A stretch of 64,000 nt of DNA, taken from the NCBI RefSeq assembly GCF_009914755.1, contig NC_060929.1; one strand, written 5' to 3'. Position 1 is the first letter of the stretch; each line of letters starts with the position of its first letter. Positions 1-12,539 of this stretch are shown here, piece by piece. Source of the stretch: the human T2T-CHM13v2.0 reference genome, Homo sapiens. The notes below the pieces were generated by a model. That model searched no databases, was not told where the DNA came from, and saw only the letters and a list, made by a program, of their open reading frames with translations. The position numbers were made by a program, and so were the translations under genes.

Positions 1-431
1 AATTCTTTAGGACATAAAACATAAAAAGTGACTGGCATAGGCATGAAATAGACTTAGCCTCTCACAGCCTCTAATGGGAAAGCATGTCTGCCCAGTCCCA
101 GGTCAAGGAGAAGCCCTAAGTGGCCACTTCTGTCTTTGGACCTGACCCCGAGGCAACAAAGCTCTAGTTAACCTACCCATGAGGGCCTGAGGCCTGGACT
201 TATAAAATCGGCTGGAAAAAAAAATGTATCTTGTAAACTTGAATTATTTTCCTTTGTGCATCTTGGCTACATCAATAGACTGAAGAAAGGCAAGAGGTAA
301 ACGTGGGGTTTTTTCAAGGCAAATTCATGGAGGTGGGGGTGCATGGGGAGAAGCAGCAGAGTCGGAGAACTGGGGAGCAGTATGGTGCAGGGAGGCCCAC
401 ACGCTCCAACCCTGCCGGCCTCGGTTCCTGG

Positions 432-926
432 TGTGCTAGTTTCCGATGGCTGCTGTAACAAATCCCCACGAACCTGATGGTTAAACCAGTACAGCTTTAG
501 TAGCTGACCGTTCTGGAGGTCACCAGTCTAAAATGGGTTTCACCAGGGCAGAACCGGGCAGAACCGAGGTGTCGGCAGGACTGTGCTCCCTCATGGGGAT
601 TTGGGAATGATCTGTTTCTCTCCTTCTCCAGATTCCAGAGCTGCATTCTTTGTGTTCCTTGTTCCTGGCCCTTTCTCCACTTCATGCCCAACAGCCTCCC
701 AGCCGTGGCCCTCCCAGACTCTGCCTCCCTCTCCTTCCAGCACAGGGCCTTCTTCTCTTCTGTCTGTAGTCAAATCCCTCTGCCTACCTCTTACCTACAG
801 TGGCTTTAGGAACCACTCAGGTCACCCAGGAAAGTCTCCCTTATCTCAAGATCTTTAATTTAATCTCCTTTTTCCATATAAGATCAGGGCCTAGTATTTT
901 TGGGGACAATTTTCCCACTTCCCACA
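432..926 (-). mobile_element. MLT1 (MLT1C/D-like) ERVL-MaLR solo LTR
   Basis: Starts tgtgctagtttcc..gctgctgtaacaaat and contains ttctggagg..agtctaaaat and atctcaagatctttaatttaatc, typical of an antisense MLT1; ends ..cccaca. Confidence 0.75.
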
Positions 927-1229
927 CTGGGGCTCTCTGATTCGGGTTCTCCTGAGGCTCAGCCTCCGGTGGCATTCCTGAGACCTTGGCAACTTCCCTG
1001 TCTCCCTTTCACCAGCACAGGCCCCCGAACGGATTTGAGTAAGTCTTGGTTCACGTTTCTGTTTTATTTGGGCTCCTTCGGCTACAAGAAACAAAGATAA
1101 GGTTAAGAACTGAAGTAGAAAAGAAGGTCTTGATAAATAAAACAGCATCCTTGGAAAGTTTAAATATTTCTGTTAGAAAACTTTAGACTTAATAAAAATT
1201 TCATGGATAGGCAAGACGTAAAATAAATA

Positions 1230-1450
1230 TACCTAGAATCAATTACATTCTTCCATACCAGCAATAACCTGAAATGCATTATTTATAAGGAAATTCTATT
1301 TACAATAGAAACAAAAACATAAAATATTTAGAAATAAAATTAAGAAGAGTTGCCTGACCTTTATACAGAAAGTTTACTGGGAAATATAAAAGCCTTAAAT
1401 CAAGAGATCAATGCACTACTTTCTTGGTAGGAGAGCAAAATATAATCATG
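1230..1450 (+). mobile_element. Ancient L1M ORF2 fragment
   Basis: aatcaattacattc..ccagcaataac..ctatttacaatag..aaaatatttagaaataaaattaa resembles L1 ORF2 sequence downstream of the RT domain. Confidence 0.6.
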
Positions 1451-1599
1451 TTTTTTTGTTAGCAGGTAAATTGATGGGTTACACTTAGTTTGGGTATGAT
1501 TTTTCATGACACATTTGAGAAATGTTTTAAATTTATCAAGGACGACAACAACAACAACAAAAATCCCAGTGTTTTGGCAGAAAGAAAACTAGAGAAATG

Positions 1600-1790
1600 G
1601 TTTCAGGGTGGTTAAGAACCTGGCTGTGAACAAACACAGACCAGGGCTAGAAGCAAGTCACGCCCTCACAAGCTTGGCATCTTGGCAAGCTACCCGCCTC
1701 TAAAAAAGTTAGTTCCCTTCTTTGTAAATTAGAGACATGTCAATATGCATTAATGAATTCTGAGAGGCAGTATCACAAAATATTTAAACA
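1600..1790 (+). mobile_element. MIR SINE fragment
   Basis: gtggttaagaac..cagaccagggc..cttggcaagctac..ttcccttctttgtaaat resembles the MIR core. Confidence 0.55.
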
Positions 1791-1972
1791 GAACTGAATA
1801 CAATGTGTTCTGGGAACTGTATCCAATGACTCAGAAAGTGTTTCTTGTAATGCTGGAAATAACGTTTCCATGTGAACATTTTAAATAACACTGTTCAAGG
1901 ACAATAGAGCAGGGAAAATTAATATTTTCAAAATAATATATTGGTTTATTTCATGTAAAATTAAACATGTAC

Positions 1973-2200
1973 CTGAAAGTAAACTTGTTCAGCAAAATCA
2001 ACTTCAACCATGTCACAAACATTTAAAGCATTCAATTTGTCCAAAAGCATCTTTAACAAGCATTCTGCTTGGAGAAATGGCGATTGTGTTATCTGGGGGT
2101 TCTTTGTTATTCCAACACTTGTTGTAACCATCTTTCAACAAGAAGTGATAGAACCTGAGGGTGAACTGAAGCAGGCAGGGCTCCCAGCCTCATCTAAACT
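1973..2200 (-). other. Candidate internal exon (228 nt) of an unidentified minus-strand transcript
   Basis: Non-repeat sequence with acceptor cacttaaatgcattcctgtttcAG and donor CAG|GTACAT. A Kozak ATG (AAGATGG) at 2131 stays open for 53 codons to the donor. Motif evidence only. Confidence 0.3.
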
Positions 2201-2363
2201 CTGAAACAGGAATGCATTTAAGTGGAAGCAAATACAAGCACATAAGTGTGCACAATTACGTGTAAGAACTTGAAGTATGATGATTAACTACAAACAAACA
2301 ATAAACAAATGAAGCAACAAGAGGGAAAGATCAACCAAGAGCTGTTGCTGGCATAAATGATTA

Positions 2364-2593
2364 CAGGTTGAGTATTCCTAATCCTAAATGCTTGGATCTA
2401 GGAGTGTTTTGGATTTCGGATTTTTCTTTTTCAGATTTGGGAATATTTGCATTATGCTAACCCCAGTTCAACATTTCTAACGGGAAAATCCAAAGTCTGA
2501 AATGCTCCAATGATCCTCATGACAGCACACAAAATATTTCCATTTTGGGAGCATTTCTGTTTTCAGATTTTTGACTTAGAGGTACTCAATTTG
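2364..2593 (+). mobile_element. Tigger4a (MER46A/Zombi) TcMar-Tigger DNA transposon MITE
   Basis: Terminal inverted repeats caggttgagtattcct / agaggtactcaatttg flanked by TA; internal gaaaatccaaagtctgaaatgctccaatga. Confidence 0.85.
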
Positions 2594-2834
2594 TAGGTCT
2601 TTATGAAAAAGTCTCACTTTGCAAAATTTACTAAAATAAAAAGCAAATTATCCAGATATCCTTAGATTCCTTTTACTTACCCTTGGGCTACTGAGGATGT
2701 ATTTAGCACATGCGAGCAGCTGGAAATGCCTGGACATTCACGGCACTCCATCATGACTTATTCTGGCAGAAGCATGAAAGTGATGCTCCCAGGCTGGGAA
2801 CCAACAGTGTCCCCATGAAAGCCTCCTGTGGCTT

Positions 2835-3593
2835 TGAAATGACTTTTGCAAAGATGATGACAGTGACAGAAATCTACCATGGCTGACTCCATCTTGCTTC
2901 TAACCTCACAGGCTTGCTGTCTTTGCTCATTCGTGGGTGTAGGCCAAGCCAACCATGGAAGGAATTCAGCTTACAGTTTAACTTCGAAGCAAGGATGATA
3001 GCAGTCCTTCCCCCAAACTGGCCACCTCTTTGTTCAGGGCTGAAACTGCCTTTGTAAGACTAAATAAATGTCATAAGCTTAGGATTATGAGATGGCCCCA
3101 AATTCCGCTAAAATATAGGCATCGTTTCTGTAATCCCTTGATGCTTAGAAGTCATGTGGCCAGGAGTCACAAGATTTGTGACTCCTCCAATTGCTCCTAG
3201 AGATGACATCACTGCCATAGAACCTGCACTTTTTTTTTTTTTTTTGAGATGGTTTTCAGATTCACCCCACCCAGACTTGTGACTCATGACTCAACTGGTC
3301 CTGTGGCCCAACCCAGCAGCAAACTCTGTGCACGAGAACCTTTCTCCACACACCTGTGATGGTGGCATCTCCAACCAGTCAGCAGCACTCTTTCCCTAGT
3401 CCCCTGCCCACCAAACTATCTTTGAAAACCCCTAACCTCCGAACCTTTGGAGAGACTGATTTGAGTGATTCTCCCAATTCTCCCACATGGCTGACCTCCT
3501 GTTAATTAAACTCTTTCTTTACTAAAATACCATGGTCTTGGTGAACTGGTTTTGTCTATGCAGAGAGCAGGAAGAAACCATTGGGTGATTATA
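2835..3593 (+). mobile_element. LTR8-family (LTR8B/8A-like) ERV1 solo LTR
   Basis: tgaaatgacttttgcaaa..gactccatcttgcttctaacctc..gagactgatttgagtgat..attaaactctttc..gggtgattata; perfect 4-bp TSD GCTT (2831-2834, 3594-3597). Confidence 0.9.
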
Positions 3594-3609
3594 GCTTCCT
3601 TTCCCAACC

Positions 3610-4028
3610 AGAGTAAAAGCCTGCTGATGCTGATACCCTTATCCCTCATCTCCTTCCACCTCCCTGGTGCTCAATTCACGTGAGCTATGCTGACCACCTC
3701 GCTGTTCCTGGAATGTGCCAAGGGATCCTCTGTGCAGCACCCTGGCACCGGCTGTTCCCTTTGCCTCCAGTCCTCTGTCCATATCTCCACATGGCTCCCT
3801 CCCTCGTGTCCCTCAGATTCTTCTCAAAAGTCACCTGTTTTCCATAGCAACTTAAGAAACATTACACATTAATATGAGAATATCACATGAAACTTGCAAC
3901 CTTTCTGGCCCTAATACACATTTTTCTTTGCTTTACTTTTCCTTATAGCACTCGTCATTGGGCATGCAGTGCTTCACACTAATTTGCTTATCTTCCTTCC
4001 CTCTGACTGAAGAGCGAGCTCCCTGAGG
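3610..4028 (+). mobile_element. L2 LINE 3' fragment
   Basis: gctgttcctggaatgtgcc..gctgttccctttgcct..tctccacatggctccctccctc..tttccttatagcact..agctccctgagg. Confidence 0.65.
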
Positions 4029-4029
4029 A

Positions 4030-4492
4030 GTGGCTGCTAGGAGGTGCCTCACTCCTCTCTCCCTTCTAGAGAGAGTTGCTGCTCGGAGCTAGAGCATTGG
4101 TAGCTGACTGTTGCCCCACTTTTGGAGTTCACTGCCTTGTTCATGCCAGGCTCCACCTCCCCCAGGCTGCTCTCATGGAGTGACGGAGCTTGGCAGAAAG
4201 TCCAGCCCCGGGGGGGTCTCAGAAGATCAGTCTGTGTTCTGGGGCTCCCCACTGGGCTGGCCAAGATGCTCTCAGTGAGGCACCACAGCCTGAGGCTCTT
4301 CCTGCCCTGTCCTCCCCTCTTTCCTCTCTCTTCCTCAGGTGCCAGGCCTCATTCTCATGGTCAGAGGCTCCCCACTTGCTCCCACTCTCCGTCCCCTTAC
4401 CCTCCATGGGGGTGTTCTCCCTACACATCTCTGCAGCCCTTAACTCCTAACTCCATCTTGATATCTGCTTTCCAAAGAACTCAGACTGGTAC
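4030..4492 (+). mobile_element. LTR16C-like ERVL solo LTR
   Basis: gaggctcttcctgccc..ggtcagaggctcccc..ccatcttgatatctgctttccaaagaactcagactggtaca matches the LTR16 3' end. Confidence 0.65.
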
Positions 4493-5119
4493 AAAAGGTA
4501 AAAGTTCTTATCTATTCTACCTGATGCTATACCCTTAGTACCTTGAAAGTAGAAATTTCTACTGACACAATTAGTAAAGCAACACACATAAGATATATTC
4601 AAGCCATAAACAGACAAAAAAAAATGCAGAAGAAATGATGCTGTGATATTGTACATTTCTGAAATTAACCAAAAAATAATAACAATGTGTTGATTATGAG
4701 GCTGATACATGTATACACATCAAATATTTATAATTACCATATAATTTTCAAAGCAAGCTTGGCGGCATGAATAAAGGTCTTTAACCTTGATCTTGAAGTC
4801 TCTTGTCTGAGGCCTGCTTCTAATGAAATCTTTTAAAATAAGACAAAACAAGAAAATAATTTATATATATCAAGTGATTCCTCATGTCATTAACTACAAA
4901 GGACATTGCCAACCATAGGAAACTGGTCACTTAAATGAGCTAGAAAGGTAACTGCTGAAATTGAATTGAGATGAGCCAGAAGTAACTTGTTTAAGAAACA
5001 GAGGCAAGAAGAGAGGAATTACCAGTTTTTCACTTTACCCTTCTCAGTGTTTGAGGGTAACTAACCCTGTTCTCATAATAAACAATTTTCCCAGAGTGAG
5101 GGAAGAAAGAAGATAAGAG

Positions 5120-5265
5120 AATAATTATCTTATATTTAATATTAACCAAGCATTTCATATAAAATAACTGATTTAATCCTCAGAACAGTGATGTGACATG
5201 CATCTGTCTTGACTAAGAGGAAACTACACCCCAGAAAGCTGATGGAATGTTCAAATGTCACAAAA
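5120..5265 (-). mobile_element. MIR fragment
   Basis: atttaatcctcagaacag..aagaggaaactac..cagaaagctga. Confidence 0.5.
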
Positions 5266-5704
5266 CCCAAATAAAATAAAAGACTGGAAAGAGGAAGGTC
5301 TATGAAATGCCTCTCTCTGGAACTTTGAGTTTTTCCAGTAGGGAAAACTGGAAGATAAATTCAGGAAGCTATGAAAATTAAACTGCCTTTTCAAACGTGC
5401 AGATTCTGTCTATTCCCATTGGCTTTCAGTAGTGTTCATGGAACTGTTGTTCTCATCCGCAGTTGACTTTGCGACTATATATTATGGTAATTCTTGAGTC
5501 GTTTTCCATCTAATTAAGAGTTTACTCCATGCAGTGTATTTATTTAGCAAGAATCCTGGGCATGAGGTGTCTAGTGACTAGATTAGTGACAGGTGACACG
5601 ATAAAGCCTGGGTTTGACTGTCTTGCTTCTATGATCAATGGAAACATGTCAGGAATATATTCCACAATAAATCTGCTGCACACACATTTAATTAAGAGAC
5701 TTGG

Positions 5705-6091
5705 TGTGTTGGGCTGTTACTGTATTGCTATAAAGGAATACCTGAGGCTGGGTCATTTATAGAGAAAAGAGGTTTAATTTGCTCATGGTTCTCCAGGGTG
5801 TACAGGAGGTACAGTGCCAGCATCTGCTCGGCTTCTGGGGAGGCCTCCTGGAGTTTTTACTCCTGGTGGAAGGCAAGGTGGGAGCAGGCAGGTAACACAG
5901 TGAGAGCAGGATCACTGTGGGAGGCGGCACACACTTTAAACAACCAGCTCTCATGAGAATTCACTCACCATCAGGATGACAGCACCAAGTCATGAAGGAG
6001 CCACCCCCATGACCCAAACACCTTCCACCAGGCTCCACCTGGGGATTACAATTCAACATGAGATTGAGAGGGGACAACATCCAAAGTAGAT
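5705..6091 (-). mobile_element. MSTA/MSTB ERVL-MaLR solo LTR
   Basis: tgctataaaggaatacctgaggctgggt..aaaagaggtttaatt..ggggattacaattcaacatgagatt. Confidence 0.85.
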
Positions 6092-6237
6092 CTTAAAGAA
6101 ATTGTCCAGCATGTCTGCGAAGCTGCTGTGTCTGTGTGTGTAGTAAACAGGTGGTAGTAAATGGCTCAGTCAAGGACTCTCTTGTCCGACAGCCAGGGCT
6201 GCAATTCTTACACTCCTACTTGCTGATTAAATACTCT

Positions 6238-6609
6238 TGTCTTAGTCCTCTCAGGCTGCCATGGCCAAGTACCATAGACTTAGGGGCTTGAGCAACACAC
6301 ACTTATTTCTCACAGATCTGGAGGCTGAAAGTCTAAGAACATAGCGCTGACGTATCTGGTGTCTGGGGAGCGCTGCTTCCTGGTTTGCAGAGGGCCAGCT
6401 TCTTGAATGTACTCTCATATGGAGGAGAACAGAGAGACAGAGGCAAACCCTCTGGCACTTCTTCTTACAAGGGTGCTAGTCCCATTTGTGGGAGCCCCAC
6501 CCTCATTACCCGATTACTTTCAAAGGCCTCACCTCCTGATGCCTCCACATTGGAGACTTAGGTTTCAACCTATGAATTATGAGGGGACACAGTCATTCAG
6601 TCCGTAGCA
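6238..6609 (-). mobile_element. MLT1A-type MaLR solo LTR inserted into a MIR
   Basis: tgtcttagtc..ggctgcc..taccatagact..tttcaacctatgaatt..attcagtccgtagca; MIR-like sequence on both flanks (~6150-6237, ~6610-6685). Confidence 0.8.
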
Positions 6610-8900
6610 GGACTCAACCTGTTTTCTCATCTTTAGTGTAACCACTGCTAAGGGCAGTGGGAAATTACATGAGCTCATTTCATAATTAAGCAGAAACCCC
6701 AAAACACGAATTAATGTTGTGGGTTTTGCCTCATTTTAAATATTTGTCATGTAAAGAATTTTGAGTAAGGAATAAAATCATGTTGATCTGCTGCCAGAGT
6801 GGAGAGGTTTGGAATGTTTTTAATATTTTTACATAGAAATAAAATGTAGAAGAGATTGCACAGTATCTGGTTATTCAGGTTATTCAGTGTGTCATTATCA
6901 AGAGACACACCTTAAGGAAAGAACAATATAGTGGACATAAGAAGCTTAATCCATCTACGGAAGTATCAACAGATTTTAATTGAAAATTATGCTGTAACAT
7001 AGGCAAAAGAAAATGAGAAGGGAGACCACATTTTTAGGAGATTGCTCTCTGTGTGACAGCGTTGCAAAAAAACACTGCTTCATTTCTTTGTGTTGTTTGT
7101 GAGAGGGAATGCCACACATGCACACACTCTCACAGGATTGGGATAAACAGTTGTGTGCCATCTCACTGACTCCCAAAGGCGGTGTATTTATCTTAGGCAT
7201 GATTCTAACTGTACTTAAAAATTCAACATTTGATTAAAACATTATCATAGCAAAATTTTATATTAATATTATAGCAGTTTAATCTTCTCACACTGTAGTC
7301 CTTTTTCTGACCCATTGAACATCCCAGAATTACAATGATTTGAACTCCTATAAGATTTATTTTTTCTTACAATCTATGTTTATTTTTCAGAGCCACTTGG
7401 TCCATGGTCATCTCCATAGTTTTTAAAAATAAATATGGTCATAACCAAAAAAGACTATATGATCCTGTATAATGTTGAATGCTTGGCAACTGCTTTTTAG
7501 AGGTGTGCATCCTCTACAACGACTCTTATAAAACTTTATGAAAGCGGACAAATATGTTTAAAAATATGCAAACAAACATGGGAAATAGAATTAGAACAGA
7601 CTGTCTCTTACAGTTAAGTCTGTAGGTTTTAAAAGATGCATAGATTCCACAATAACCTTTTCATTTAGTGACATATCTATTGTTATCCCTATGAAGTTTA
7701 TAGAATGTCAAGCCATGTCCTTTTGTCTCATTTATTGAAGCATATTACTGATATTCTATTTTTATCTATTCTTGTAAAATGACTTTACTTTGCACAGATG
7801 TATAAACAGGATCTACTCTGAATGGATGTAATCTGCCAAGGCCAATTCACCAGCTGAGGTTTGAATTAAAATGTCAGTGACAATGTCAGCTTAGTGCTCC
7901 AAAGGAAGTGCATGGAACAGCAACGCAGAGCAAACTATTAGCAACCTGCCCACTGTACGTGGCTTTCCTGTGTCACAGCAAAACTGGAAAAAGACAGCGG
8001 AGCAACACGCACTGCATGTAGATACAACAACAGGTCTGTGAAGGCACATTTGTCATGATTTCCTCTAGAGGTGAGTTGTAAGAAGATCACCAGCTTCTTG
8101 TTGATTAACTTGTCAGCCTTGCATGTGTCTTTAGATTCCTTGGGTAGAAGCTCTCCACAAACACCACTTATTACTACTCATGGCTATTCTGGGTAGCAAC
8201 CGTTGACCAGAAGTCTGAAGTCTTTGCAATTCAAGGAAACTTCACTTGTAAATACTCAGCCTAGCTGAGCTAAAATGAGGTAGCAGAAACCTCAGTGAAG
8301 ACCCTGAGTAATGGTTCTGATCTTTGATTTTCCTCATTCTAAACTCACTTTGGATATGTGGTCCTTTCTTAATGTTATTTTTGTAGATTTCAACTTCCCC
8401 TTTCTCTATTTGCTTAGATTTCTACTTTGTAGTCAAAGTTTTATTTTGTTTTTAATAATTATTCCAATGAGAAAAGGATCATCTGTAAGTTATTGGGATC
8501 ATTTTAGGTATTATCTTATAAAATTAAACAATGACAACAGTCTAATGCATAATTAGATGGATGTTTAATATTTGTAGAACTTTTAGGTCATGCTTGGCTT
8601 GATTTACTTTATTTGAAATAAAGTGCATTTTCATCTTCATCATAATGCACAGAAACAAGGCAGAGAAAAATGATTCTTAATTGTGGTTCCTACAAAGGAG
8701 GTTTGGTATAAATTTGAATTTCAAATAATTTCTCCTTTCAAACACTTCAGATGGGGTTGGGCAGAGTCACTTGTAAATTTGTAATGTAGAATGCAGTTTG
8801 GGATTCAAGCTCCTCAGCACTTTGCTGTGAAGGAGAAATTAGGGCAAGACAGATTGACAAGCTCTCATCCCTTGGCATTGTGCCAGGACAGCTGAGATGA

Positions 8901-9335
8901 CCTTGTGGGTTGACATGTTTCCCCCAAGAAGATATAAGTTGATGTCCTAACTCCTGGTACTTGTGATTGTGACCTTATTGGGAAACAATGTCTTTGCAGA
9001 TATAATCTAGTTCAGATGATGTCATTAGGATGGGTCTCAATCCAACATGACTGGTGTCCTCATAGGAAGAGGAAAAGGTACTCAGAAACACACAGGGAGG
9101 ATACCATGTGATGATGGAGGCAGATCTTGGAGTGACATATCCACAAGCCAAGGAATGCAAGGATTGCTAGTAAACAGCAGAAGCTGAGAGAAAGGAAAAT
9201 ATCTTCCCAGGGAGCCTTCAGACACAGAGTGGCCCTGCCAGCCCCTTCCCTTTGCACTTTTAGCCTCTGGGACTGTTGTCTTAAGCTTGTCCAGTTGGTG
9301 GTAAATTGTTACTGCAGCCCAGGGAGACTGACACA
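8901..9335 (+). mobile_element. MLT1B/C MaLR solo LTR
   Basis: gtgaccttattgggaaac..tctttgcagatataat..gactggtgtcctcata..ccacaagccaaggaatgc..gttactgcagccc; TSD-like gatga/gatgc. Confidence 0.8.
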
Positions 9336-9833
9336 GATGCTGGAGCTGAAGCTTCCTCCAGGTGACCTCTCTCATGTGACCTAACCCCGAGCCCAGAGCC
9401 ACAGAGGCTTAATCTGTTCAACCTTTTGTGCTCTCTCCAGAAAACCTAAGTATCAATCAGAGAACAGAGTTCTAATGTGCAAGGAGCCCCGAGATCATCC
9501 AGGCACAGGGACCACTAATTTTACGGATTAGGAAACACAAGAAGGCTGATGAGATTGTTCATTAATTTGGAACTATTAGGAAAACATACCCATTTGCTTC
9601 TAAGCCAATATCACCAGGATGAGCATATTAAAAATCTACGTGGAGCCATTTAAGAAGCCTGTTCTCCCCTCTGGCTGCAGAGAGAGGGTCCTCCCTTGGC
9701 CCTTCTTTCTTGATTTGCCAAGGTTTAGGGTTACTCTTACTTCCCTGGTGACTCTTAGAAACTTGGCTCATCTCTGAGCAGAGATACAGGCTAAAGAACA
9801 TGTCTCCAGGGGTCTTCCCATGATGGGGAATGC

Positions 9834-10234
9834 TGTTCATTCTCACACTGCTATAAAGAAATACCTGAGACAGGTTAATTTATAGAGAAGAGAGATTTAA
9901 TTGTTTCACCTATACAGGAAGTATAGTGGCATCTGCTTCTGGGGAGGCCTCAGGAAACTTACAATCATGGTGGAAGGCAAAGGGGAAACAGGCACGTTTC
10001 ACATGACCAGAGCGGGAGGAAGAGAGAGGGGGGAGGTGCCACACAGTTTTAAACAACCAAATCTCATGAGAATTCACTCACTATCACTACACAGTACCAG
10101 GAGTGGATGGTGCTAAAGCATCCATGAGAACCCCGCCCCCATGATGCAATCACTTCCCACTAGGCTCCACCTCCAACACTGGAATTACAATCTAACAGGA
10201 GATTTGAGCAGAGACATAAATCCAAACTATATCA
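9834..10234 (-). mobile_element. MSTA MaLR solo LTR
   Basis: ctcacactgctataaagaaatacctgagac..ggaggcctcaggaaacttacaatcatggtggaaggc..atccaaactatatca. Confidence 0.85.
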
Positions 10235-10271
10235 GATGCTGTCAACTTCCTGGGAGGTATTGCCTCCTTGG

Positions 10272-10818
10272 GGGTTGAATTAAGGATCCCAACAAAATAG
10301 AACCAATAGGGAATGGTGTGTGTGCGTGTGTGTGTGCACACGCATGTATAAATGTTATGTATGGAGAAATTGGCTCACATGATTGTGGAGACTGGAAGCC
10401 AGGCTGAAATCTGCAGGATGGGCCACAGTCTGCAGACCCAGGAGAACCAATGTTTTCATTCTGGTCTGAAGATTGTCAGGCTGAAGTCCCAGGGAAGAGC
10501 AGATGTTGTAGTTCAAATCCAGAGGCTCTCAGGTTGGAGAACCAGGAAGAACCAATGTTTCAGTTGGATCCCAAAGGCAGTTTGCTGACAAAACTCCTTT
10601 CTGCTTAGGGGAAGTCAGTGCTTTGCTCTGCTCAGGCCTTTAATTGATTTAGATGGATCTTTCCATGTTATGCAGAGCAATCTGCTCTACTGAAAGTCCA
10701 CAGATGTAAATATTCACCACACCAAAAATACAACTTCCAGAAACATTCAGAGTAATCTTTGACCACATATCTGGGCACCATGGTCCAGCCAAGTCAACAC
10801 ATAAAATTAACCATCACA
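10272..10818 (-). mobile_element. MLT2 (HERVL-type) solo LTR
   Basis: agaaccaatagg + (TG)n + aattggctcacatgattgtggag..tttgaccacatatctgggcacc..cataaaattaaccatcaca. Confidence 0.8.
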
Positions 10819-11012
10819 CATACATGATACATGTGTATATATGTAACATAATCTTTTATATTTAAACATTGTCATAAGTGATATACATTGCATGTATGTG
10901 TGTATTTATCTGGGCTGAGAGTTTCTAGAACCCAGAAAAATCAGAATTAATACATCTATGTTTTTCCTATAAATAGCACATGTCCCAATGTCCCATGTTT
11001 AACAGATGGTAA

Positions 11013-11296
11013 TGTGTTTTGTTTTGTTTTTAGAGAGAGGGTCTTGCTCTGTTGCCCAGACTGGAGTGCAGTGGTGCAATCGCAACTCACTGCAATTTTG
11101 AACTCTCCAGGCTAAGGTGATCCTCCCACCTCAGCCTCCCAAGTAGTTGAGACTACAGGTGCACCCCACCACACCCAGCTACTTATTTTGTAGACATGGA
11201 GTTTCACCATATTTCCCAGGCTGGTCTCAAGCTCTTGGGCTCAAGCTATCCACCTGCCTGCTGAAATTACAGGTGTGAGCCACTGTTGTCAGCCCA
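11013..11296 (-). mobile_element. AluJ
   Basis: Antisense dimeric Alu: tcttgctctgttgcccagactggagtgcagtgg..ctcttgggctcaagctatcc. Confidence 0.9.
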
Positions 11297-12539
11297 ATGA
11301 CAATGTTTAGTCAATGTTTTTTAAAACAGAATTAGGTAAAATGAGACATTATGGTGCAGCTGTGTGATCATGTTAGATTGCCCTGATATTTACCATTTTG
11401 CCAAGGTAACGTGCTCTAACCAGCCAATTCCACTCACCTCAGTGGGACACCTTCGCTTTACCTCCATAACAGCCATGTTATTCTGTTCTTCTGTGTTCTT
11501 CTATGGCTTTTCCTCCTCTCATTTCCTCCCCTCTTGCCAAGGAACCCCTGGCCCCACCTCTGCACCATTGCAGGGAGGCCTTAGGTCACCTGCTGCTCCC
11601 TATGACTTCTAATCCCTTATTTTCGTGCAGACGAGCAACTCAGGATCACACACAGGAGGACTCACCCAAAGCAGGGGAAGGCGGACTCCAGGCTTCCAGC
11701 TTTTGCCCCATCATGATTCAGGGTCCTAACTGGAGAGAAATGTTCCATGGGACAGCCCTGGTGATCATTTTGGATCTGCTGACCACTGTGCCCACCTACA
11801 AGTCCCAAGTACAGCCCTAAACCTCATTCTGTCTTCTGTGCGCTTCAGCCAGAACTACCCCTGGAACCTTCCCAGTTTCTCTGCTGACCACAAGCAGTCA
11901 AATGACACCATGATTGGGAATCAAATACTTAAAACTGACAGGCCAGGATCTGAGATGGGCTCATTTAAAAGTTAAAGCAAAGGTCAATAGATAAGGTACA
12001 AGACAGGACCAGGAGAAGGAGCAGAGAAGGCCAAGAGGAGGTGATAGCAGCATAGTGGATGCAGGAGGTTGATGAATGTGGTCTGCCTTTCCAAGGAGGA
12101 GAGTGGATAACAGTCTCCATCACGCGCAAAAGTGGAAGCATGTCAGATGCGTTTACAGGAGTTGAACAGGGAGTGGCATTGATCTTGGCAAGCTGGCAAG
12201 AATCTCCTACTATTTTATGTAGCTCCTACTTTCCATGAAATCTTTATCCATTCTGACTTCCTTCATGAATACCCAGAAAGGACACTTTTTTTTTTTTGGA
12301 AACTCTAGGAGGCCCAGAGCACCCACAGTCTTCAGGTGGGAGACAATGAACAACCAGGTGGATTTCAGCACTCCAGGTAGATATTCTCTTGTTCTCAGCT
12401 GTCAAAATTTAACTCAACAGACTAGGACACTCCTGAGGCCAGCAACCAGGTCTGAACCCGACACCTAGCAGGGTTCACTCAATACATGCTTGGTGATTGA
12501 ATCAGGAAGTAAAGCCAATAACCAAAAGGGGAATCATTG

